From Chloroflexota bacterium (GTDB lineage: Bacteria; Chloroflexota; Limnocylindria; QHBO01), in assembly GCA_013697395.1 (NCBI GenBank), contig JACCWY010000219.1, forward strand, positions 1 to 32,365: a stretch of DNA of 32,365 nucleotides, read 5' to 3'. The notes under the pieces are model-generated. The model was given only the letters and a program-made list of their open reading frames with translations. It was not told where the DNA came from and searched no databases. How positions within the stretch are numbered: position 1 is the first letter of the stretch; every line of letters starts with the position of its first letter. Made by a program: the position numbers and the translations under genes. Shown in pieces: positions 15,676 through 24,079 of this stretch.

Positions 15676-16776
15676 ATGAGGCGGATGTTCCCGTCGCGAT
15701 CCTCGGGCCTTTTCCTGGCAATCGCGCTGCTGACTGCCTGCGCCACCACGGGACCGCCGTCATCGGCTCCCGGCGGGCCATCGAGCGGTGAACCCTCGTC
15801 GGACCCATCCACGGCCGCCATGCCCGAACCGAGCCCTGCGCCATCGGCGTCCACGCCACGCTCGATCGCTCCCGAGCCGGCCTTCAGCGTCGAGACATTC
15901 GCCGTCCCGCCCGGCTCCGCGCCGCACGACGTTGCCCCGGCCGTGGACGGCGGCATCTGGTACACCGCCCAGGGAAGTGGCGAGCTTGGCTGGCTCGATC
16001 CCGGCTCCGGCGAGGTGCGCGAGGTCGCACTCGGAGCGGGGTCACGGCCGCACGGTGTGATCGTCGGGCCGGACGGCGCGCCGTGGGTCACCGACGGCGG
16101 TCTCAATGCCATCATGCGCGTCGATCCGGAGTCCCTGGAGGTGACGGCATACCCCCTGCCGCCCACGGCGCCGGCGGCTAACCTCAACACGGCCGCCTTC
16201 GACGGCGACGGTCTGCTCTGGTTCACGGGCCAGGCGGGCTTCTACGGCAGGCTCGATCCGTCGACCGCCGAGATGCGCACGTTTCCGGCTCCCCGCGGAC
16301 AGGGCCCGTACGGCATCACAGCAACACCGGACGGCGAGATCTACTTCAGCTCGTTGGCCGGCAGCTACCTGGGCGCCGTCGATCGGACCAGCGGCGACGT
16401 ACGGGAGCTCGATCCACCGACCGCCGGCGCAGGACTCCGGCGCGCGTGGGCCGATTCGCAGGGGCGGATCTGGGTCAGCGAGTGGTTCGCAGGACAGGTC
16501 GGCGTCTACGACCCCCAGACGGATGCCTGGCGCGAATGGCCCCTGCCGGGAGACGCTCCACAGGCGTATGCGGTGTACGTCGACGAGACCGATGCCGTCT
16601 GGCTCACCGACTTCGCCGCGAATGCGATCGTCCGATTCGATCCCGATTCGGAGACGTTCATGTCATTCCCTGCGGAGAGCCAGCCCGCCGACGTGCGTCA
16701 GCTCCTGGGGCGGCCGCGCGAGGTGTGGGGAGCCGAGTCCGCTGCCGACCGCCTCGTGGTGGTGCGAACGGACTGA
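15676..16776 (+). CDS. beta-propeller lipoprotein of the Vgb (virginiamycin B lyase)-like / SMP-30-NHL type
   Basis: Inner ATG at 15676 gives MRRMFPSRSSGLFLAIALLTAC-ATTG (lipobox). Repeated blades of the form G.PHGV..GPDG..WVTD / G.YGIT..PDGEIYF / IWVSEW / VWLTDF. Confidence 0.7.
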   Translation: MRRMFPSRSSGLFLAIALLTACATTGPPSSAPGGPSSGEPSSDPSTAAMPEPSPAPSASTPRSIAPEPAFSVETFAVPPGSAPHDVAPAVDGGIWYTAQGSGELGWLDPGSGEVREVALGAGSRPHGVIVGPDGAPWVTDGGLNAIMRVDPESLEVTAYPLPPTAPAANLNTAAFDGDGLLWFTGQAGFYGRLDPSTAEMRTFPAPRGQGPYGITATPDGEIYFSSLAGSYLGAVDRTSGDVRELDPPTAGAGLRRAWADSQGRIWVSEWFAGQVGVYDPQTDAWREWPLPGDAPQAYAVYVDETDAVWLTDFAANAIVRFDPDSETFMSFPAESQPADVRQLLGRPREVWGAESAADRLVVVRTD

Positions 16777-16779
16777 TCG

Positions 16780-17451
16780 ATGGACATCCTCGCCATCGTT
16801 GGCATCGTGGCAATCCTGCTCGTCAAGGAGGCCGGCGTGCCGATTCCGGTGCCCGGCGACCTCATCGTCATCGGCGCCGGCGTGGCGTTGGCGGGCGATC
16901 CATCGCTGGCGGCCGTGGTGCTGATCCTGGTCCTCGCGGCGGGTTACGTCGGCGGCAGCATCCAGTTCCTCCTGGCCCGCAGGGTCCTCCGCCGGCCGCT
17001 GCTCGCCGCGCTGGCCCGGGTCGGCATTGGCGAAGTGCGCATCGAGGCGCTTGCGGCTCGCCTGAGACGATCGGGGGCGCGCGGGGTTGCGCTGGCACGG
17101 ATGACCCCGGGTGTCCGGATTGCGGCGATCGTGGCGGCCGGCCTGGCTGCCATTCCATACGCCGCGTTCCTCACGGGATTGGTCGCGGGCAACGGTGTCT
17201 TCGTGGCCGGCCACTTCGTCCTGGGCTACGCGCTCGGAGCGTCTGCAGCCGGGGTGATCGGCAGCGCCGGCGGCGTCGGGCTGATCATCGTCGGGGCGAG
17301 CGTCCTTGCTCTCGTCGGAGCGCTGGGATTGGCGTTCGTGCGCAAGTCGCGGCGCGTGGCGGTCGAGGGTGGCCCGGCGCCCGGTGATTGGGCCGACGCC
17401 GCCTGCCCGGCCTGCCTGGCCGTGTCGATCGTGCAATCTCGCGCGGAGTGA
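16780..17451 (+). CDS. DedA/VTT-family membrane protein
   Basis: N-terminal LVKEAGVPIPVPGDLIVIGAGVALA, then RMTPGVRIAAIVAAGLA and several TM helices. It starts 3 nt after the preceding stop. Confidence 0.75.
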   Translation: MDILAIVGIVAILLVKEAGVPIPVPGDLIVIGAGVALAGDPSLAAVVLILVLAAGYVGGSIQFLLARRVLRRPLLAALARVGIGEVRIEALAARLRRSGARGVALARMTPGVRIAAIVAAGLAAIPYAAFLTGLVAGNGVFVAGHFVLGYALGASAAGVIGSAGGVGLIIVGASVLALVGALGLAFVRKSRRVAVEGGPAPGDWADAACPACLAVSIVQSRAE

Positions 17452-17519
17452 GCGCGGCCCCGCGAAACTGGTCCGCGTCCTGCAGCCCTCGGCGTCGCAG
17501 AGCACCCAGGAGGAACGAG

Positions 17520-17696
17520 ATGCGAGCTGTCGAATGTCCGTGCGGTGAGTACCTGGATGGGTCGAACGACACCCAGCTGTTCGAATCGGCGCGACGTCAC
17601 GCCGACCAGGAACACGAGGGCAAGTACACCGATGCGGACCTGCGAATCCTGATCAGTACCGCCGCCTATGACGCCGGCCGCGAGGCGACTGGCTGA
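17520..17696 (+). CDS. small Cys/His protein, DUF1059-like (58 aa)
   Basis: Inner ATG at 17520 with AGGAGG 7 nt upstream. The product is MRAVECPCGEYLDGSNDTQLFESARRHADQEHEGKY... The family call is tentative. Confidence 0.55.
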   Translation: MRAVECPCGEYLDGSNDTQLFESARRHADQEHEGKYTDADLRILISTAAYDAGREATG

Positions 17697-17741
17697 GGGA
17701 TACCCGGCAATCGGGCCGGAATTCATCGTCATACTTCGGGG

Positions 17742-18428
17742 ATGCGCTCGACCGTCACCCGGATGCACGTCGGCGGGTTCCTGGCGCCCGAGTCCTACGG
17801 GCCGAACGAGCGCCTCGTCGTCAATGCGTGGCTCGTCCGTCATCCGGAGGCGAAGCTGCTGGTCGACACGGGCATCGCCGAGCACATTCCGGCGGCCGAC
17901 GTCGAGGAGCTCAAGTTCGTGCGCGTCCCCATCCTCGACGCGCTGGCAGCGGCCGGAGCCGCCTCGGACGAGATCGATGCCGTCGTCAACTGCCACCTGC
18001 ACGCCGACCATGCCGGGGGCAACGTCCACTTCCCGCGCGCCCGCATCCTGGTGCAGCCGAGGGAGCTGGCCGCCGCGCGCGAGCCGGGCTATTCGGTGCT
18101 CGAGGATCTCGATCTCGACCGCGGCCGGTACGAGCAACGCGAGGGCGAGTACGACCTGCTCCCTGGCGTCCGCGTGATCCCGACCCCCGGCCATTCGCCG
18201 GGACACCAGAGCGTGTTGATCGAGACCGATGTGGGCCGCCTTCTCCTCGCCGGCCAGTGTTACCGAGATGCCTCCGGCTTCGCCCGTGCCATCACGGCGC
18301 TCGAGCTGGCTCGGGCGGGCCATCCCGGCGCTCCCGAGGCGCCAGCCTGGCTGCCGCGGCTCCTGGAGCTCGAGCCTGATCGAGTGGCCTTCGGCCATGA
18401 CCGCGCCATCTGGGCCGCGGACGCGTAG
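17742..18428 (+). CDS. MBL-fold metallo-hydrolase (N-acyl-homoserine-lactonase-like motif)
   Basis: HxHxDH motif in VVNCHLHADHAGGN (compare AiiA HLHFDHAGG). A downstream TPGHSPGH and a late FGHD are also present. Confidence 0.8.
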   Translation: MRSTVTRMHVGGFLAPESYGPNERLVVNAWLVRHPEAKLLVDTGIAEHIPAADVEELKFVRVPILDALAAAGAASDEIDAVVNCHLHADHAGGNVHFPRARILVQPRELAAAREPGYSVLEDLDLDRGRYEQREGEYDLLPGVRVIPTPGHSPGHQSVLIETDVGRLLLAGQCYRDASGFARAITALELARAGHPGAPEAPAWLPRLLELEPDRVAFGHDRAIWAADA

Positions 18429-18445
18429 GGGGTACCATCTGGACC

Positions 18446-18910
18446 ATGACGAACGCGGCGCCGGTGAATGGACGCGAGCTGCCCGGGGAGGCGGAGTCGT
18501 GGCATCGGCTGCACGAGCTCATCGACCGGATCTCCCCTGAGATGGCCGAGGTCCCGGGCTATTTCGAGGAGGGCTGGACGGCCAAGGATGCCGTGGCTCA
18601 CATCGGCACCTGGATGGCCGAGGGCGCTCAGATGCTGCGTCGCATCGCGGCGGGGACCTACCGCGAGGGCGAGGTGGACGTGGATGCGGAGAACGAGCGC
18701 TTCCTGGCCGCCATGCGCGACATTCCGCTCCAGACCGTGCATCTCCAGGTTGCATCGGCGCATGCCGAGCTCCTTCGCGCCTGGGCGCAGCTGCCGGAGA
18801 TCACGCCAGCCGCCGAGTACTGGGTGCGAAAGGCGGGACCGGAGCACGTTGCCGAGCACCTTCCGCGGCTCGAGACATGGATCGAGGAGGTCACGGGACG
18901 GCGTCGGTGA
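18446..18910 (+). CDS. DinB-family (DinB_2 / mycothiol-dependent-enzyme N-terminal-like) four-helix protein
   Basis: 154 aa. W.AKDAVAHIGTW and the C-terminal EHVAEHLPRL histidines are typical of DinB-fold metal sites. Confidence 0.7.
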   Translation: MTNAAPVNGRELPGEAESWHRLHELIDRISPEMAEVPGYFEEGWTAKDAVAHIGTWMAEGAQMLRRIAAGTYREGEVDVDAENERFLAAMRDIPLQTVHLQVASAHAELLRAWAQLPEITPAAEYWVRKAGPEHVAEHLPRLETWIEEVTGRRR

Positions 18911-19491
18911 GGCAGGGTCGGGCGTCGTCGGTCACGGATCTCGGCGACGGAACGATCCTGCGCGAGGGCGGTGTTCCCGAGCGCGAGGCGGCGATCATGG
19001 AGCTGGCCCGCTCGCACGGCTTTCCGGTCCCGCGGGTCCATGATGTGCGGCCGGGGGCCCTCGTCCTGGAGCGCATCGATGGACCGACGATGGGGCAGGG
19101 GCTGGCGCGTCGCCCGTGGCGGCTGACCCGGGACATCCGGACGCTGGGGAAGCTTCACCAGCGGCTGCATGCCATCCCGTTCGAGGGCGCTTCGCTCGTC
19201 CATTTCGACCTTCACCCCGACAACGTGATGGTCTCGTCGCAGGGCCCCGTTGTGATCGACTGGACGAACGCGCACGCCGGCAGTCCGGACGCGGATGTGG
19301 CGATGACGTGGATCATCCTCGAGACGAGCGCAGGGCTTCCCGGCCGGCTCCTGGCATGGGTCTTCCGTCGCAGAGTCGGGCGCGACGTGGTCCAGCGCGG
19401 CCTCGCGGATGCCAGCGCCTTCCGGCTGAGCGACCCCAACGTGACCGAAGATGAGAAGGAACGGGTGCGCAGGGCGGTCGCCCATCTGTAA
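18907..19491 (+). CDS. aminoglycoside/small-molecule phosphotransferase (APH) family kinase, short form
   Basis: Catalytic loop LVHFDLHPDNVMV and VVIDWTNA (Brenner/DFG-equivalent). GTG at 18907 overlaps the preceding stop (GTGA), suggesting coupling. The ATG at 18877 is an alternative start. Confidence 0.7.
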   Translation: MRQGRASSVTDLGDGTILREGGVPEREAAIMELARSHGFPVPRVHDVRPGALVLERIDGPTMGQGLARRPWRLTRDIRTLGKLHQRLHAIPFEGASLVHFDLHPDNVMVSSQGPVVIDWTNAHAGSPDADVAMTWIILETSAGLPGRLLAWVFRRRVGRDVVQRGLADASAFRLSDPNVTEDEKERVRRAVAHL

Positions 19492-19528
19492 CTGAATCGG
19501 CTGCGCAAGCGCCGAACCTGGTCCCAGA

Positions 19529-20200
19529 ATGGCCGCGATGCAGAGCTCGATCCGCGCCGCCATCCGTCACCCATCGGCCCTCCTGCTCGCGGCCCAGCTG
19601 CTGGGGGTGGTGCTCTACCCGTTCATGGACGGGCCCGCCGGACGCGCTGCGCTGTCGCTCTTCGGGATCGTCGTCCTGGTCCTGGCGGTATGGGCGTTGC
19701 GCACGACGCCCGCCCTGACCTGGGTGTCGGTGCTGCTCGGGCTGCCGGTCGTCGTCCTCACCATCCTCGAGGCGCTCCAGCCCGCCAACGAGGGGATCGT
19801 CCTGTGGTCATCGGTGCTGCATGCCGCCTTCTACCTGTACACCACGTACGGCCTGCTCCGATACATGTTCAACGACTACGACGTGACGCGCGACGAGCTC
19901 TTCGCCACCGGCGCGACGTTCACGGTTGTGGCGTGGGCCTTCGCCTACCTGTACGTCGCCTGCCAGGTCCTGTGGCCGGGCTCCTTCACGGCCGCGATCG
20001 ACCCCACCGCTCAGCGGACCTGGTTCGAGCTCCTCTTCCTCTCGTTCACGACGCTCACCAGCACCGGGCTCTCCGACGTTGTGCCCGTGCTGGCCCAGGC
20101 TCGCTCGCTCGTCATGATCGAGCAGGTCGCGGGGCTCATGTACGTGGCGCTGGTGGTCTCGCGCCTGGTCGGCCTGACGCTTGCACGACATCGCGCCTAG
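19529..20200 (+). CDS. pore-loop ion channel family membrane protein (Ion_trans_2-like) with a non-canonical filter
   Basis: TM helices flank a pore-loop-like segment FLSFTTLTSTGLSDVVP. K+ channels carry T-x-G-Y/F-G-D at this position. Confidence 0.7.
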   Translation: MAAMQSSIRAAIRHPSALLLAAQLLGVVLYPFMDGPAGRAALSLFGIVVLVLAVWALRTTPALTWVSVLLGLPVVVLTILEALQPANEGIVLWSSVLHAAFYLYTTYGLLRYMFNDYDVTRDELFATGATFTVVAWAFAYLYVACQVLWPGSFTAAIDPTAQRTWFELLFLSFTTLTSTGLSDVVPVLAQARSLVMIEQVAGLMYVALVVSRLVGLTLARHRA

Positions 20201-21507
20201 CCCTCGGTGAGCTCCGTCACCACGTCTCGCAGCTCTGCGGCCGCATCGGCGACGGCTGGCAGATCACCATCGTTCACCAGGCCCTGGATCTCCTCCAGCA
20301 TGACGTTGATCCGAGTGGCGTCGGCGGCATCGAGGGTCTGCAGGATCCTGTCGCGGACGTAGTCGAGCGCGAACAGGTCGCCGTTCACGGCTGCGGCGTC
20401 CTCGGCGTTTGCATCGAGGCGCACCTGGGCGGCCCACAGGCCGGAGCGCGCGAGATCGACGTCGGCCACCGGCCGGTGGCGCAGCTGCAGGTCGAGGCTG
20501 AGGCGAGCCACCTCGATCGCGTGGTGGGCGGCCGCGCCATCCTCGGCACTCACCGAGTCCACGAGCGTTGCGAGCGCATCGGTCATGAGCGGTCCGATCA
20601 GCGCGGGGACATCGCCGGTCGCGATGCCATCCCAGGCGGCGGTCACCTCGTCGACCGATCCCGACGCGGCCTCCCATTCCTCGGCTTCGACGGCGCCCAG
20701 GACGTCGAGCGCGCCCGCCTCAAGCGTGGCCAGCGCTTCCGGTACGGGCTCGTCGACGGCATCTGTCGGCACGGCAAGGGCCAGCGCCTCGGTGTCGCCG
20801 CCGCCCGACGTGGAGAACTCGCCATAGCCGGGGGCGAAGTACTTCTCTTCGATGGCCCCGTCCATGTGGAGCTCCTCGATGAGCAGTCCGCCCTCGATCG
20901 GGCCGAACGGACCGTCCAGGGGTTCGTCAACCGCCGTGACCGTGACCTCCTCGAACACGAAGCCGGGGATGTTCTCGGGCCGATACACGACCCCGACCTG
21001 CGGATCGGCAGGCATGATCATGGCGGCCTGGCCGTCGGTGCCCGCGATCCAGGTGCCGTGGGTGTCCACGATGGCGCCGTCGGCGAAGTTGAAGACGTCC
21101 TCGCCGAAGTACCAGACCGATCCGTCATCGGCCTGCGCGTAGAAGTCGTAGGCGACCTCGTGCAGGCGCCCGTCCAGGAAGGCGACGTACTGGCTGACGA
21201 GCGTCGCGACCTGCTTGCCCTCCCACTCGATGATGCGCGGGACCGGCAGCAGGGTGACCTCGGTGCGGAAGGGCAGGTCGTCGACGGTGCCGACGAGCAG
21301 GACCGACGCCTGGCGCGACACCGGGAAGAGCGGGTTGGTGATGTCGGTCGGGTTCGAGAAGGCGGGCATAGTCAAGTCGACCCGCTCGCTCTCGGCGGCG
21401 ACGGGGAGGCTCTCGACGGCGGGCTGGGAGATCTGCTGGCCGCCAGCGCAGCCACCGGCTGCCAGGACCGTCGCCAGCGCGAGAGTGGACACCTGATGGC
21501 GGCGCAT
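20197..21507 (-). CDS. lipoprotein of unknown function (N-terminal beta-rich domain, C-terminal acidic helical domain)
   Basis: Signal/lipobox ALATVLAAGGC-AGG. 436 aa. It is the last gene of the RR-HK-PepSY unit. Confidence 0.75.
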   Translation of the reverse strand: MRRHQVSTLALATVLAAGGCAGGQQISQPAVESLPVAAESERVDLTMPAFSNPTDITNPLFPVSRQASVLLVGTVDDLPFRTEVTLLPVPRIIEWEGKQVATLVSQYVAFLDGRLHEVAYDFYAQADDGSVWYFGEDVFNFADGAIVDTHGTWIAGTDGQAAMIMPADPQVGVVYRPENIPGFVFEEVTVTAVDEPLDGPFGPIEGGLLIEELHMDGAIEEKYFAPGYGEFSTSGGGDTEALALAVPTDAVDEPVPEALATLEAGALDVLGAVEAEEWEAASGSVDEVTAAWDGIATGDVPALIGPLMTDALATLVDSVSAEDGAAAHHAIEVARLSLDLQLRHRPVADVDLARSGLWAAQVRLDANAEDAAAVNGDLFALDYVRDRILQTLDAADATRINVMLEEIQGLVNDGDLPAVADAAAELRDVVTELTEG

Positions 21508-21550
21508 CTCTGGCCTCCGGTTTCAACGGTTCAGGGTGGATGGATGGTCG

Positions 21551-21883
21551 TCAGTTGTCGTTCGGGCCGTCCTGGTCGTTCGCGCCATCGTCGTCGGGCT
21601 CTGAGCCGATGACGGCGAAGGCGGCGTCCAGGTTGACCTCGACCACGCTGCCGTCGTCCAGCCGGATCTCGATCCCGTACGCCGCCCCGTCGTCACCGAT
21701 CTCGGACTCGATCACGGTGCCGCCGCCGGTGTGCGCCAGCGCCGCCTCGGTCGCGCGATCCAGGTCGGTACCGGTCAGTGGAGCGTCGGTGTCGGGGCCG
21801 CCGTTGGCGACCACGATCGTGGCGCCGGTCGCGATGGCGACGACGGCGGCCGAGAGGGCGATCAGACGAGTTCTGCGATTCAT
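21551..21883 (-). CDS. PepSY-domain secreted/anchored protein
   Basis: Inner ATG at 21883 gives MNRRTRLIALSAAVVAIATGATIVV (signal/anchor). Next comes LDRATEAALAHTGGGTVIESEIGDDGAAYGIEIRLDDGSVVEVNLD, the PepSY pattern. An acidic tail follows. Confidence 0.7.
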   Translation of the reverse strand: MNRRTRLIALSAAVVAIATGATIVVANGGPDTDAPLTGTDLDRATEAALAHTGGGTVIESEIGDDGAAYGIEIRLDDGSVVEVNLDAAFAVIGSEPDDDGANDQDGPNDN

Positions 21884-21996
21884 GGCGATGGCCTCGTGCG
21901 TGGTTGGTTGCTGAGGCGATCCTGCGCCACGCTCGATGAGAGGACCGTGAGTGCACGGTGAGGTTTTCGGGGCAGTCATGTGCCCGGGCAAACCGG

Positions 21997-23355
21997 TTAG
22001 GCGGAGCCACGTGGAAACTGAATCACCACCGATGCCCCGCCCCCCGGACGGTTGGCGGCCACGACCGATCCACCATGGGCATCGGCGACAGCGCGCACGA
22101 TGGCCAGCCCGAGCCCGGCGCCGCCGTGCGACCGGCTGCGTGCCTCGTCCGCGCGGCTGAACGGTTCGAAGGCGCGCTGCAGAAAGCCGGCATCGAAGCC
22201 GGCCCCGGTGTCGGTGACCTCGACGGCGATCGAGCCGCTCTCGTCGCGCAGGTCGACGGTCACGCGCCCGCCGCGCGGCGTGTGGCGAACGGCGTTGTCG
22301 ATCACGTTGCCGAGCGCCTGCCGCACGCGGGCCGGGTCCAACTCGGCGTGTTGCGGGTAATCGGCGCCGGTCGTGCCGATTGAGATCCCGAGCTCGGTCG
22401 CGCGACCAGCGAAGCCGGCGACGATCTCGCGGACCAGTCGGGCCGCATCGAGCGCCTCGCGGCGTACCGGCAGGCGGCCCCCCTCGCTGCGGGCCAGGAC
22501 GAGGAGGTCCTCTGCCAGGCTCGTCAGCCGATCCGTCTCCTCCGCGGCGCTGTGCAGTGCCGCGACGAGCTGGTCCGGGGTGCGAGCGCGCCGGAGCGCC
22601 AGCTCCAGCTCCGCTTTGAGATTGGCGAGCGGCGTCCGCAGCTCGTGGCTGGCGTCGCCCACGAACCGGCGCTCGCGTTCGACGGCTTCCTCGAGGCGCC
22701 CGAGCATCCGGTTCAGGCTCTCGCCGAGCCGGGCGAGCTCGTCGCCGGTGCCGGGAACCGCCAGGCGCCGCCCGTGGACGGCGCCCGAGATGGCCTCCGC
22801 CTCCAGTCGCAGTCGCTCCACGGGCCGCAGCGCTGCTCCAGCCACCAGCCAGCCGACGCCGCTGGCGAGTGCGACCGCCACGGGCCCCGCGATCAGGAGC
22901 TGGCCGAGCAGGAGTGCCAGCGCCTCCTGCTGATCCTCGAGCGAGGCGCCCACGACGAGCGTGCCGCTGCCGGCAACGGTGACTGCAAGCAGGCGGGCCG
23001 GAACCACCTCCTCGGCGGTCGTGACCAGGCGCTCGAAGACGATCTGGCCCTCGAAGCCATCGGGCGCGACGAGCGGCTCGTCCACGAGGCCGTCCGACGA
23101 CTGAAGTACGCGGCCCTCGTCGTCGAGGAGCTGTGCGAAGGCTTCGTCACCCTCCACCAGTGCGCCCCCGCCGACCAGGCCGCCCTCGCCGATCCGGGCG
23201 AGGAGTACGTCGGCCCGCGAGCGCAGTCCGGCGTCCACCGCCGCGAGAAGCTCCGCCTGGACTCGCAGGAAGAGGAAGGCGCCGAGCGCGACGAGCACCG
23301 CGGCCATCAGCACGCCCGAGACGAGCGTCAGGCGGGCGCGAATCGGAAGTCGCAT
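21997..23355 (-). CDS. sensor histidine kinase (two TM helices, about 130-aa extracytoplasmic loop, HAMP, HisKA, HATPase_c)
   Basis: H-box FVGDASHELRTPLANL. N-box NVIDNAVRHTP. G-boxes VTDTGAGF and GGAGLGLAIV. Confidence 0.9.
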   Translation of the reverse strand: MRLPIRARLTLVSGVLMAAVLVALGAFLFLRVQAELLAAVDAGLRSRADVLLARIGEGGLVGGGALVEGDEAFAQLLDDEGRVLQSSDGLVDEPLVAPDGFEGQIVFERLVTTAEEVVPARLLAVTVAGSGTLVVGASLEDQQEALALLLGQLLIAGPVAVALASGVGWLVAGAALRPVERLRLEAEAISGAVHGRRLAVPGTGDELARLGESLNRMLGRLEEAVERERRFVGDASHELRTPLANLKAELELALRRARTPDQLVAALHSAAEETDRLTSLAEDLLVLARSEGGRLPVRREALDAARLVREIVAGFAGRATELGISIGTTGADYPQHAELDPARVRQALGNVIDNAVRHTPRGGRVTVDLRDESGSIAVEVTDTGAGFDAGFLQRAFEPFSRADEARSRSHGGAGLGLAIVRAVADAHGGSVVAANRPGGGASVVIQFPRGSA

Positions 23356-23364
23356 ATCGGGGCC

Positions 23365-24036
23365 CTAAGCCTCGCGGAGCCGGTAGCCCGACCCGCGCAC
23401 CGTCTCGATCGAGCGCCGCGCGAACGGGCGGTCGACCTTCTCGCGAAGATAGCGGACGTAGACGTCGACCACGTTCGAGTCGCCTTCGTAGGCGAAGTCC
23501 CAAACGTGCTCGATCAGGCGGGTCCGGCTCAGCACCTCGCCGGGGTGACGCAGGAAGTACTCGAGCAGCGCGAACTCCTTGGGTGTCAGCTCGATCAGCA
23601 CGTCCCCTCGCGTGACGCGTTTGGTGGCCGGATCGAGCGCCAGGTCGCCGGTCGTGAGCACCACCGGCCGTTCGCGCGGCCCGCGTCGCATGAGCGCACG
23701 CAGGCGCGCGAGCAGCTCGCTGAACGAGAACGGCTTGGCCATGTAGTCGTCCGCTCCCACGTCGAGGCCGGCCACGCGATCGATGACGGCATCGCGGGCA
23801 GTCAGCATCAGGACGGGCGCCCATCGGTTCGCCGTCCGCAGCTGGCGGCAGACCTCCAGCCCATCGAGGTCGGGGAGCATGACGTCGAGCACGATGGCGT
23901 CGTACGGGTTCTCGGTCCCGGCCCAGAGGGCTTCCCCTCCGGTGCGCGCGACGTCGACGGCGTAGCCCTCCTCCTCGAGCCCGCGCTTGAGGAGGCCTGC
24001 CATCTTCACGTCGTCTTCGGCGACCAGCACGCGCAT
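23365..24036 (-). CDS. OmpR/PhoB-family response regulator
   Basis: MRVLVAEDD.., phospho-acceptor context AIVLDVMLPDLDG, and a winged-helix C-terminus LTPKEFALLEYF..VRGSGYRL. Confidence 0.92.
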   Translation of the reverse strand: MRVLVAEDDVKMAGLLKRGLEEEGYAVDVARTGGEALWAGTENPYDAIVLDVMLPDLDGLEVCRQLRTANRWAPVLMLTARDAVIDRVAGLDVGADDYMAKPFSFSELLARLRALMRRGPRERPVVLTTGDLALDPATKRVTRGDVLIELTPKEFALLEYFLRHPGEVLSRTRLIEHVWDFAYEGDSNVVDVYVRYLREKVDRPFARRSIETVRGSGYRLREA

Positions 24037-24042
24037 CGGTCA

Positions 24043-24048
24043 AGCGTA
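24043..24048 (-). promoter_or_regulatory. candidate -10 hexamer TACGCT, 6 nt before ATG 24036 (leaderless geometry)
   Basis: The minus strand reads TACGCT-TGACCG-ATG. There is no SD. Confidence 0.35.
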
Positions 24049-24059
24049 GGGCCGATCGC

Positions 24060-24079
24060 ATGAGAGATGGATGAGAGAT
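24060..24079 (-). promoter_or_regulatory. tandem direct repeat ATGAGAGAT-gg-ATGAGAGAT (11-bp period); candidate response-regulator box
   Basis: Read directly: plus strand 24060-24068 and 24071-24079 are identical 9-mers. On the minus strand the proximal repeat ends 11 nt upstream of the TACGCT hexamer. Confidence 0.35.

Noticed and set aside
21936-21944. Third copy of the response-regulator box core (ATGAGAGGA) in the gap between the kinase and PepSY genes
   Set aside because: It is a single half-site matching 7 of 9 positions. The heptamer also occurs by chance inside the SDR gene (ctctcat at 12036-12042). A rough composition estimate gives about one chance occurrence per window.
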